A stretch of DNA of 64,000 nt from an uncultured Desulfobacula sp. (GCA_964636495.1 CAZWSL010000013.1:10537-74536); one strand, 5' to 3'; shown: positions 28,159-36,974, counted from the first letter of the stretch. Numbers and translations are program-made. Notes: generated by a model not told the origin, from the letters alone.

Positions 28159-28671
28159 TTATTTTTCCATTTTTAGCGAATTTATCATAATAAAAAATAA
28201 AATCAGGCCTGAAATACCCACCATGATTGACATGAAATGAATCAATGGTGCAAGCGGTATAAACAAATACTCAGTCCTGTCCCCATATTCTGCAGCATCT
28301 TTGGCTTTTATCCACAACTGCCAGCTGATAACAACCATGACAGACAGATTAATCAGATTAATGATAATTTTTTGAATCTGTTTAATCTTATCAGGTATAA
28401 AGTTATCAAGCAGATCAACTGTTACATGGCCTTCCTGGGAGGTCAGAAGAACCAGGCCCAGAAAAATTACAATTGCCATTGAAAACTCTGTCAGTTCAAG
28501 TGCGCCAACAATGGGGGAATTAAAGACATAGCGCATGATAACATCGGCAAATGTTAACGCCATCATAAAAAACAGTGCAATTGATACACAAGGTTGGAAA
28601 AGCCGGTGCAGGAAATTTAAAAACAGATTCCAGGCACCGACTTGAGTGTCATTTTTTTCAGATTCAACCAT
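28159..28671 (-). CDS. dctQ: TRAP transporter small permease
   Basis: 170-aa protein with 4 TM segments lying between dctP and dctM. Confidence 0.85.
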   Translation of the reverse strand: MVESEKNDTQVGAWNLFLNFLHRLFQPCVSIALFFMMALTFADVIMRYVFNSPIVGALELTEFSMAIVIFLGLVLLTSQEGHVTVDLLDNFIPDKIKQIQKIIINLINLSVMVVISWQLWIKAKDAAEYGDRTEYLFIPLAPLIHFMSIMVGISGLILFFIMINSLKMEK

Positions 28672-28673
28672 TT

Positions 28674-29696
28674 TTATTTATATGCTTTTACTGTAGCTCT
28701 AAAGAATTTCAATGCCTCTGCACCGTCTACACCTTTGGCATTTGCTCTTTTTACCCAGTCTGCCTCCAAGTGCTGAGTGGCTTTCTTAATCTCTGCGATG
28801 AACTCAGGAGTGGCAGTTTCAATTTTATTGCCGTTTTCTTTTATGGCTGCCAGCCCTACCTTATCTGCTTCATCCCATGCTTTACCTGCAAGCTTTGCAA
28901 ATGCTTCACCAGATACATTCATAACTGCTTTCTGGTCTTTGGTTGAGAAGCCGTTAAAAGTCTTTTTATTCATGACCAGATAAAAAGAGACATTATAAAG
29001 TCCGTCGGGTATTGTTGTTGTATATGGAACCACCTTGGTAATTTTAAATGATTTAATTGATTCTAAGGGAAGAACAACACCATCTGCCACCCCGCGGGAT
29101 AGAAGCTCATAAATTTGACTGGCCGGTTTTTGAATTCCAACGATGCCAAGGCTTTTAGCAACCTGTGCTGCAATTCCGCCAGGAACCCTGAATTTCATTC
29201 CTTTAAGGTCAGCAATAGACTGGGCAACCTTTTTTGAATTATGAAGTGCTCCCGGTCCATGGGTCATAACACCCATCAATTTAGTACCTTTATACTCGTC
29301 AGCTTTGGCAAAATATTTCTGATAGGTTCTCCAATAAGCAACACTGGTTGCTTCTGCGCTGTTTCCCAAGAAGGGGAGTTCCACACCTTCAGAGAGTGTA
29401 AACCTACCTGGTGAATAAGCGTTACATGTATAGCCTACATCAGCCATACCGTTTTTTACTATATCAAAGTATGCTTTAGGATGGCCCAGCCCTTTTGCCA
29501 GAAGCTTGATATCGACCCTTCCCTCTGTTGCTTCTTTAACATTTTCCATCCAGGGGACCATCATATTTGCGACAATGGGATGCCCCGGTGGCAGCCAGGA
29601 AGAGAAGTTTAACTGTTTTGCCATTACATTTGTTGACATGATTGACATTAGCAAAAACACACTTGCGATAATAAATGCTACTCTCAATTTTTTCAT
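28674..29696 (-). CDS. dctP: TRAP transporter substrate-binding protein (DctP family)
   Basis: Signal peptide MKKLRVAFIIASVFLLMSIMSTNVMA and a DctP-type periplasmic domain. The start is set at the ATG at 29696 after GGAGG. Confidence 0.9.
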   Translation of the reverse strand: MKKLRVAFIIASVFLLMSIMSTNVMAKQLNFSSWLPPGHPIVANMMVPWMENVKEATEGRVDIKLLAKGLGHPKAYFDIVKNGMADVGYTCNAYSPGRFTLSEGVELPFLGNSAEATSVAYWRTYQKYFAKADEYKGTKLMGVMTHGPGALHNSKKVAQSIADLKGMKFRVPGGIAAQVAKSLGIVGIQKPASQIYELLSRGVADGVVLPLESIKSFKITKVVPYTTTIPDGLYNVSFYLVMNKKTFNGFSTKDQKAVMNVSGEAFAKLAGKAWDEADKVGLAAIKENGNKIETATPEFIAEIKKATQHLEADWVKRANAKGVDGAEALKFFRATVKAYK

Positions 29697-29866
29697 GGAA
29701 CATCCTCCTAAATTAATAATTATAAAATACATGAGACACTTTTTATAAGCTGTCTTCATCAACAACCTTTATAGATCAATGTTCTATAGCTTACCTTATA
29801 GTAAATTAAATTACCATATAAAAATATAAGCTACATTACAGCCATAATATAAGTCAAGACAAAAAA

Positions 29867-31447
29867 TCAATCTAATTTTATAAATGCTTCCTTCCGCCCG
29901 GTAAATTTTTCCCTGAGCTGTGGTTTCATCAGTTTTCCTGTTGGATTTCTCGGCACCTGATCAAAAATAACTTTACGAGGTACCTTATACATTGACAGTT
30001 TTGATTTGGCAAATTCAATCACTTCTTCTTCAGTTAACTGTTTTCCATCTTTCATCTGTACAATTGCAAGAACAATTTCAACCAGTCTATCATCAGGATA
30101 TCCAATACAGGCAACATCATCAATATCAGGATGATCCATTAAAGCATCCTCAATCTCAACAGGGAAAATATTTTCTCCACCACTTGTAACCATATCTTTC
30201 ATCCGGTCAACAATATAAAAATATCCCTCTTTGTCCTTTTTTAATAAATCACCCGTATAAAGCCAACCATTTTTTACTGTTTCTTCAGTTTTTTCCGGAT
30301 TTGAATAGTATTCACGCATCATTCTATTTGTCTTGAATATCAGTTCACCAACAGCTTCTTCTGCCAGCTCTCTGCCAGTTGGATCAATAATTTTTGCTTC
30401 AACTCCAAAGGTTGGCTTACCAATGGATCCTGGTTTTGAAAGCACATCTTCAGGATAGAGGTTAAACAGCCCGCCGCCGCCGCCTTCTGTAATGCCGTAA
30501 ATGTTGGATACCTTGCATGGCAGTTTTTCCACAAGAAGTTTCATGATGTCAAACGGTACCGGCTGTGCTCCGATTTCCATATATTTCCAGGAAGAGAGAT
30601 CATAGTCATCAAGATTAATTTCTCCTTTGTCCAGGGCATTGAGAAGTGCGATTCCAATGGGAACGACAAAGAGCACATCTGTACATTTTTCTTCTGCAAC
30701 GGCCTCAATAATCCATTTGGGATCCCTGAAATCTCTGATAATAGTCCCCTGTGCACCTGTTGCATAGAAAGGTGCCCATAAAAACATTGTTCCACTATGA
30801 TATAAAGGCAGAAAAAAGAGATAGTTGTCATCTTTTTGAACAAAATAAGTCATGCCATTCCCAACTGCGGTGTTGTTAATGGAAAAGTGGGTGTGAAGTA
30901 CGGGTTTGGGTTTTCCTGTAGTCCCTGAAGTGAACATCATTGCAAGGGCATGATCCCTTTCAACTTCCACAAGTGCATCAGTTATATCCTGATATTGACG
31001 TACAGAGTTGAAATCGATCATATCTTCAGGTACATTATCCCCAATGCAGATATATTTTTTAACAGAAGTCATCTCCTGTTGAGCCGGTTGAACAACACCC
31101 AGAAATTCAGAACCTAAAATAAAGACATCTGGATTTGAAACCTCTGCAGCATAAAGGATATCAGAACTTTCAAATCTGAAATTAAGCGGTACAACAACCG
31201 CACCGATCCGTATGATTGCAAAGTATGTTACAAGCCACTCCAAAGAGTCTTTTTGAAGGTGCATGACAAAATCTCCATGCTTTACCCCCATCTCCTTTAC
31301 CAGAAAATTAGCTGTTCTGTTTATTTCGTCATTAAACTCCTCCCAGGTAAATGTCCTTCTTCCCCCTGTTGCAGGAGTTCTTTCTATCAGGCAGATCTTG
31401 TCAGGAATATGTCTTGCATGAATTGATGCATAACCGGAATAATTCAA
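29867..31447 (-). CDS. AMP-forming acyl-CoA synthetase/ligase (substrate unknown)
   Basis: FTSGTTGKPKPV, YGITEGGG and GWLYTGDL...DRMKDMVTSGGENIFPVEIE are ANL-superfamily motifs. I propose a TTG start at 31447, 6 nt after AAAGGAGG, because the ATG at 31513 has no RBS. Confidence 0.9.
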   Translation of the reverse strand: MNYSGYASIHARHIPDKICLIERTPATGGRRTFTWEEFNDEINRTANFLVKEMGVKHGDFVMHLQKDSLEWLVTYFAIIRIGAVVVPLNFRFESSDILYAAEVSNPDVFILGSEFLGVVQPAQQEMTSVKKYICIGDNVPEDMIDFNSVRQYQDITDALVEVERDHALAMMFTSGTTGKPKPVLHTHFSINNTAVGNGMTYFVQKDDNYLFFLPLYHSGTMFLWAPFYATGAQGTIIRDFRDPKWIIEAVAEEKCTDVLFVVPIGIALLNALDKGEINLDDYDLSSWKYMEIGAQPVPFDIMKLLVEKLPCKVSNIYGITEGGGGGLFNLYPEDVLSKPGSIGKPTFGVEAKIIDPTGRELAEEAVGELIFKTNRMMREYYSNPEKTEETVKNGWLYTGDLLKKDKEGYFYIVDRMKDMVTSGGENIFPVEIEDALMDHPDIDDVACIGYPDDRLVEIVLAIVQMKDGKQLTEEEVIEFAKSKLSMYKVPRKVIFDQVPRNPTGKLMKPQLREKFTGRKEAFIKLD

Positions 31448-31517
31448 TGATGCCTCCTTTGCTTTTAAAGATTTATTTTTTGATAAAGAGTAATATATAT
31501 ACAGACACCTCAAAAAA

Positions 31518-32453
31518 TTAAAAATTCACTTTGTCGAGTCCTTTCAGCCTGAGAATCTTTCTTGCTTCATCAGATGTCGCTGGTTCAAGACTCATCTCCT
31601 TTGCAACTCTTTTTACCATATTTACCTGATCAGCACTTGCTTTTGCCATGATTCCCTTACCTGCATAAACTGAATCTTCCAGTCCCACTCTTACATTCTG
31701 GGCACCCATTGCCATTGCAGTTGTTGTGATCGGAATTTGAAAACGTCCTCCAGCTGCAACTGACCAGGTGAAATTATCCTCTCCAAGAACCTCTTTTGCC
31801 TCATCATGAATTAAAACAAGGTGTTTTACAGAAGGTGTCATCCATCCCACCATGGGACCGAATACAAACTGAAGATGTACAGGGGTTTTTAAAAGGTTTT
31901 CCTCCAGCAGCCATTTCACATATGAGACATGGCCAAGTTCGTATATTTCTATTTCTGGTTTTGTATCTATTTCAAGAAAGGTTTCAGCGTAAATTTCATC
32001 ATCCCTGAAAGTGGGTCTGAAAGTCACATTTTTACACAGTTCGAGGTATTCGGGCTCCCAGTCATATTTAAACTCCTTGAACCTTCCTGCAATCTGGAAA
32101 ATGCCGAAATTAAAGGGAGCAGGATCAAAAGAACACATTTCCGGTTCAAGTTTTTTTATGGGAATGAGTTTTTCTGCTGTTGTCTGGTTCATACCTCCAC
32201 CTGTTGTGGGAAGCAGAATCATATTGCATCTTGCTTTTATTTTTGAATGAACTTCCATGAAAAGATCCGGGTCTGCTGAAGGAAAACCATTTTCCGGATT
32301 TCTTACATGGATATGCGCAATGGCAGCACCGGCTTCGTGTGCTTTTACCGCATCTTCAACAATTTCATCAGGTGTTATGGGAAGCGCATCACTCATTGTG
32401 GGAATATGAACAGAACCGGTAATCGCTGCCGTAATGATTATTTTGTTATCCAT
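31518..32453 (-). CDS. Beta-keto acid cleavage enzyme (BKACE / DUF849, 3-keto-5-aminohexanoate cleavage enzyme family)
   Basis: IIITAAITGS, the ITPDEI...AGAAIAHIHVRNP HxH metal motif and LPTTGGG match a Kce-like TIM barrel. Length is 311 aa. Confidence 0.88.
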   Translation of the reverse strand: MDNKIIITAAITGSVHIPTMSDALPITPDEIVEDAVKAHEAGAAIAHIHVRNPENGFPSADPDLFMEVHSKIKARCNMILLPTTGGGMNQTTAEKLIPIKKLEPEMCSFDPAPFNFGIFQIAGRFKEFKYDWEPEYLELCKNVTFRPTFRDDEIYAETFLEIDTKPEIEIYELGHVSYVKWLLEENLLKTPVHLQFVFGPMVGWMTPSVKHLVLIHDEAKEVLGEDNFTWSVAAGGRFQIPITTTAMAMGAQNVRVGLEDSVYAGKGIMAKASADQVNMVKRVAKEMSLEPATSDEARKILRLKGLDKVNF

Positions 32454-32479
32454 TTTATCTCTCCTTGTTTTAATTCAAA

Positions 32480-32962
32480 TTATATTTTGTATTCTTCATC
32501 CAGGTTAAAGGTAAAAATTCTTTTTTCTTTGACAGTGTCAATGACAAAGGAAGATTTAATTACCTGGATTCCTTTTATCTGTGTCAGTTTTGTATTCATG
32601 AACTCTCCATAGGTTTTAATATTCTTTGCAATTACTTTTAAAATAAAATCATTGGCACCTGCAATCTGATAACATTCAACCACTTCATCAAGGTTGAAGA
32701 ATTTTTTTTTCATATCACCCACAGAGGAGAGAGAACTCAAATTCACACTGATATTAACTATGGCGGTTATTAAAAAGCCAATACTTTGAGGATCAAGTAC
32801 AGCAGTGAAATGAGAGATAATTCCTGCATTTTCCAACCGTTTAACCCTCTCAAGGGTTGCAGGTGCTGAAATACCGACAATTTTAGAGAGTTTTGAATTG
32901 GTCGTTCTTCCATTCTCCTGCAGTGTGTTTAAAATCTGCTTGTCAATTTTATCAAGAACCAT
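32480..32962 (-). CDS. Lrp/AsnC-family transcriptional regulator
   Basis: LDKIDKQILNTLQENGRTTNSKLSKIVGISAPATLERVKRLENAGII is the HTH, followed by a C-terminal RAM/ACT-like domain. Confidence 0.92.
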   Translation of the reverse strand: MVLDKIDKQILNTLQENGRTTNSKLSKIVGISAPATLERVKRLENAGIISHFTAVLDPQSIGFLITAIVNISVNLSSLSSVGDMKKKFFNLDEVVECYQIAGANDFILKVIAKNIKTYGEFMNTKLTQIKGIQVIKSSFVIDTVKEKRIFTFNLDEEYKI

Positions 32963-33000
32963 ATTCTTCCCTTAAAAATAATTGAGACTCTATTTTTCTA

Positions 33001-34356
33001 TCATAAGAGTAGATGTTTATATTGCTCTTTAATTAAAGGCAACAGCTCTTTTAACGTATCATCAATTTTTTCAATTAAAAAGTCTATATCACTCTTTTTC
33101 ATTGCACAGGAGAGAATAAAAAGTCCTCTTGGTATGCTGAAAACATCTCTGTTCAACAATGAGAGGTGCATCAAAGCATGAAGTTTTTCCTCTGACTTAA
33201 GAACCTGCTCTGCAGTCGTGATCGGTTCATTGAAAAAATGCAGATTTATAAGAGAACCAATATGGTTGGATTGAAGTTTTAATCCATTGTCCTTAAAACT
33301 TTTCAACAGACCTTTCTGCAGTTGATCTCCGAGTGAGTTAATAAATTCTATGGCATTTTCATCGTATTTTGACAGGGCTGCATAACCAGCCTGCATCAAT
33401 GTTTCATACCCGTTAAAAGTTCCTGAATGATATAAAGGCGTATCTGTCTGTTCATGACAGAAAATATCCATGATCTCTTTTTTACCGCCAAACACCCCAA
33501 TGGGGAGGCCTCCTCCTATAACCTTGCCAACTGTTGTCAGATCAGGTGTAACACTGAAATATTTCTGGCACCCGCCAATATTTACCCGGTAAGAGAAGAT
33601 CTCATCAAAAATCAGGAGAACACCATTCTCATCAGTTACTTTTCTCACATGCTCCAGATATCCTTTTGCAGGTAAAACAACGCCTCCGGCTCCAAGAAAC
33701 GGTTCCATGATTACTGCTGCAAGTTCTGAAGCATTCTCTTTTACACTTTTCTCAAGTGCCTCAAAATCATTAAAAGGTACTTCAAGCATATCTTCTGTCA
33801 TCCCTTTAGGGATTCCTGCAGTAATTACATTTTTTTTTGTGGATGCAGCAACACAGTCATGGGTGCCATGGAAGCCTCCTGACATTTTCAGGATCTTATC
33901 TTTACCTGTATACGTTCTGGCTGTCCTCAACGCAAACATCGTGGCTTCAGTGCCTGAATTTACAAACCTGATTTTCTCAAATCCCGGTATTCTCTGGCAG
34001 AGTAATTTTGCAAGTTTGAACTGGCCGTCCGTGGGGGTGGAATACTGGGAACCCTTTTCTATGCCTTCCTGCACAGCCTTGACAATATCGGCATCACCAT
34101 GTCCGTGAACAATGGCGCCATAGGCATTTGTCACATCAAGAAGTCTGTGTCCCTCATGGGTTTTGACAAATGCTCCACTGCCGGATTCAATGTGAATGGG
34201 ATAGGGTTTAAAATAACTTAAACTCCTTGTTGCACCACCCGGAATATAGTTTATAAGTTTTTCATGATGTACTTTTGAAACATGGTATTTCTCCATGTAA
34301 GTATCTGTAATCTGTTTTTCAATCTGCTCTTCTATTCCTGTCTGTTTTTCAGTCAT
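33001..34356 (-). CDS. Class III (fold type I) PLP aminotransferase, glutamate-1-semialdehyde-aminomutase-like; candidate beta-amino acid transaminase
   Basis: FVNSGTEATMFALRTAR, DEIFSYR and GKVIGGGLPIGVFGG (PLP Lys) are present. The N-terminal IPGGATRS and SGGFHG differ from the HemL motifs PGGVNSPVRAF and EGCYHG. Confidence 0.85.
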   Translation of the reverse strand: MTEKQTGIEEQIEKQITDTYMEKYHVSKVHHEKLINYIPGGATRSLSYFKPYPIHIESGSGAFVKTHEGHRLLDVTNAYGAIVHGHGDADIVKAVQEGIEKGSQYSTPTDGQFKLAKLLCQRIPGFEKIRFVNSGTEATMFALRTARTYTGKDKILKMSGGFHGTHDCVAASTKKNVITAGIPKGMTEDMLEVPFNDFEALEKSVKENASELAAVIMEPFLGAGGVVLPAKGYLEHVRKVTDENGVLLIFDEIFSYRVNIGGCQKYFSVTPDLTTVGKVIGGGLPIGVFGGKKEIMDIFCHEQTDTPLYHSGTFNGYETLMQAGYAALSKYDENAIEFINSLGDQLQKGLLKSFKDNGLKLQSNHIGSLINLHFFNEPITTAEQVLKSEEKLHALMHLSLLNRDVFSIPRGLFILSCAMKKSDIDFLIEKIDDTLKELLPLIKEQYKHLLL

Positions 34357-34451
34357 GATTTTTTCCTGATATATAAAAATTATTTTTTTAACAAAGTAAT
34401 ATCTGTTCTTTAACAGTCTTTAAAAAAACATGATCTTCGAAATTTACTCCT

Positions 34452-34481
34452 GGCAGATCCGGTTCAAGGACCAGATCTGCC
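34452..34481 (-). other. Intercistronic hairpin directly after the MIO-enzyme gene
   Basis: ggcagatccgg / ccagatctgcc is an 11-bp stem with one mismatch and an 8-nt loop, 9 nt downstream of the stop at 34490. With no adjacent U-run it is more likely an mRNA processing or stability element or a weak attenuator. Confidence 0.3.
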
Positions 34482-34489
34482 CATGTCTG

Positions 34490-36115
34490 CTATTTCTCTT
34501 TTTCATGAACAATCAAAAGTTCTCCAACTTCTTCTTCTATTTTTTCAACAAATTCACCAGACTCAATTCTTGTTTTTAAATCTTCCAGATCATCAATATA
34601 TACTTTGTCCTTGTTCATGTAATCAAGGGTTTCACGAACTGCTTTGTGCATGATCTTGCCTGCTGGACTGAGTCTTTCAATACCTCTCTGATCTGCTGCC
34701 TGGGCAGCACATAGCAGTTCAAAAGCAAGGATGTGATTTGTATTCTCAACAATTTTTCTTGTTTTTCTGCCGGCAATTAAACCAAAACTGACAATATCCT
34801 GGAAATCAGCAGTTGATGTTATGGACTGTATAGAGGCTGGGACTGCAAGAGTCCGGTTTTCAGCAACCAGTGATGTTGTCATGAACTGGCCTCCCATAAG
34901 CCCCATCCTGACACCTGTATCTTCCTTGCAGAGGAATGGCGGCAGTCCGGTGCTGTGGTGTTCATCCATGAATCTGTCAATTCTTCTGTCACTAACAACG
35001 CCTATGTTGACCATGGATATTCCAAGGCAGTCCATTGCAAAAGAGATCGGCTGGCCATGGAAATGACCGTTATGGAAGAACGTATCCAGTTCAGTAAAAA
35101 TCAAAGGGTTGTCATTACTTGAGTTTAGTTCCCGCAAAAGGACATCCTGAGCATTTTTCAGGGAGTCTTTTGTGGGGCCTACAAACTGGGGTGTGCAGCG
35201 GATCGAGTAAGCATCTTCCACTGGAATATGCGCAACAGATACACCTTTGTGCTGCTGCAGGGTTGACTGAAGTTTGGTTGAAAGCTCGAGTTCATCAATG
35301 GCTAAATTGCTGCCCTTGAGAAGTTTTGTAAGGTTCATGGCAGTTGCAAATTGTCCTGGATGGTATTTCTGTTCGTGGACTATCGGGTCAAAGGGATTAA
35401 ATCTTCCCATAAGGGTTTCAATAGCAAATGCAGCAATTATATCTGAGTTTTTCAAAGTGTTTTCTGCCTCTGAAATAACGGTGCAGGCAAGGCCCACCAT
35501 TCCTGAAGTTCCATTAATCAGTGAGAGCCCCTCTTTTGCATTCAGATGCATCAGTTTGATTCCAGCAGCCTCCATAGCTTCTTTTCCTGGTAACACTTTT
35601 CCTTCAAATCTTGCTTTCCACTCTCCAAAGGCAACACTTGCAATGCAGCCGAGCGGTCCAAGGTCTCCGCTTGTACCAAGTGAGCCCTTTCTCGGCACAA
35701 CGGGAAACACTTTTTTATTAATCATTTCAAGATAGATTTTCAGGTTTTCCTCTTTAATCCCTGAGAAGCCACGGCAGAGAGAATTGGCCCTTGCAATCAT
35801 GAATGTTCTTACAAGTGTATCTTCAAATGGTTTGCCAACCTGGGTTGTAATGCTTCTTACCAGATTTTTCTGAAAATCATTATCCCTCTCTTTTGGCAAG
35901 AGATAATCAACAAGACCTCCGCAACTTGTGTTCACACCATAGATACAACGCTCTTCATTTGCCCACTTATCCACAAGTTCTCTGCACTCACGAATTTTAG
36001 GCCAGTTTTTTTCGTCTATTTCGACTTGGATGGATGTATCTTGACCCGCTTTTATCAGCTCTTCAATTGTTAATGAAAATCCATCAATAGTTAATGTATT
36101 GTCTTTTATCGGCAT
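34490..36115 (-). CDS. MIO-dependent aromatic amino acid ammonia-lyase / 2,3-aminomutase family enzyme (HAL/PAL/TAL/PAM/TAM superfamily)
   Basis: GSLGTSGDLGPLG carries a TSG triad where the MIO-forming ASG normally sits. LINGTS, DAYSIRCTPQ, SNDNPL, GHFHGQP and a strong AAGGAGG RBS are also present. Canonical TGFG is replaced by TSCGG, and the HAL SH pair by SI. Confidence 0.88.
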   Translation of the reverse strand: MPIKDNTLTIDGFSLTIEELIKAGQDTSIQVEIDEKNWPKIRECRELVDKWANEERCIYGVNTSCGGLVDYLLPKERDNDFQKNLVRSITTQVGKPFEDTLVRTFMIARANSLCRGFSGIKEENLKIYLEMINKKVFPVVPRKGSLGTSGDLGPLGCIASVAFGEWKARFEGKVLPGKEAMEAAGIKLMHLNAKEGLSLINGTSGMVGLACTVISEAENTLKNSDIIAAFAIETLMGRFNPFDPIVHEQKYHPGQFATAMNLTKLLKGSNLAIDELELSTKLQSTLQQHKGVSVAHIPVEDAYSIRCTPQFVGPTKDSLKNAQDVLLRELNSSNDNPLIFTELDTFFHNGHFHGQPISFAMDCLGISMVNIGVVSDRRIDRFMDEHHSTGLPPFLCKEDTGVRMGLMGGQFMTTSLVAENRTLAVPASIQSITSTADFQDIVSFGLIAGRKTRKIVENTNHILAFELLCAAQAADQRGIERLSPAGKIMHKAVRETLDYMNKDKVYIDDLEDLKTRIESGEFVEKIEEEVGELLIVHEKEK

Positions 36116-36341
36116 GACTCCTCCTTAAAAATAGCAGTTTAATAAATATCTCTCCTGACTTATCAATTGAGGATAGGCAAATGATCTGGTTTTTGTCAAG
36201 AAATAATTTTTATTTTATAAGGATTATCGTGAAAATATCATATTAATCGAAGTTGAATCTTTTGATTTTGGCTTATTTTATAAGCTTTTTTGTTATGTTT
36301 GCCTTAATTTTATAATATTTATCAAAAAGTGGTCTGTTTTT

Positions 36342-36974
36342 TTAAAAAGGGATTTCAAAAAAATAGTTTTTTAAATAGAGCTCTATTACATTTTCAAGAT
36401 TATCAAGAGATGCAGAATAAAAGTGATCGCAGTTTTTCAGTACTTCATATTGAGGTGTGATCTTCCATCTTTTTATATGATCCTGAATAAGAGAGGGAGG
36501 GGCAATCTCATCGCTGTCACCTGAAACAATAAGGCCTGTGTGAGGCATTGCTTTTATATCTTCAAAGCTTATAAATCCCACAGGTGGAGATATCATGATA
36601 TGATCGTCAATTTCATATCCCCCTTCAATGATCTTTGCATTTACCCTTGCACCAAAAGAGTAGCCGGCAAGACAGACTCTTTCATAACCCAGTCTGCTTT
36701 TTAAGAAAGAGAGTACTGCAAGAACATCATCCTGCTCTCCAACACCGTTATCAAACACACCGGTACTTTTCCCTGTTCCCCTGAAATTAAATTTCAGTGT
36801 GGTAAATCCTTTATTGAAAAATGCCCTTTCAATACTCATCACCACAGCGTTATTCATATCTCCTCCATAAAGGGGATGAGGATGGGTAATGGCTACAGCT
36901 TTTATCAATGAATTTTGGTTTAAGACTGCTTCAATCGTATTACTGCTGCAGTCAATTGTTATGTTGGAGTCCAT
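36342..36974 (-). CDS. Alpha/beta-fold hydrolase (small, 210 aa)
   Basis: ITHPHPLYGGDMNN, the nucleophile elbow GYSFGA and a C-terminal DH motif. Confidence 0.75.
   Translation of the reverse strand: MDSNITIDCSSNTIEAVLNQNSLIKAVAITHPHPLYGGDMNNAVVMSIERAFFNKGFTTLKFNFRGTGKSTGVFDNGVGEQDDVLAVLSFLKSRLGYERVCLAGYSFGARVNAKIIEGGYEIDDHIMISPPVGFISFEDIKAMPHTGLIVSGDSDEIAPPSLIQDHIKRWKITPQYEVLKNCDHFYSASLDNLENVIELYLKNYFFEIPF

Noticed and set aside
34490-36115. Annotating the MIO enzyme simply as histidine ammonia-lyase (hutH)
   Set aside because: There is no hutU, hutI or hutG context. The histidase substrate residues (His83 and Glu414 equivalents) appear substituted, and the triad is TSG. I kept the family-level call only.
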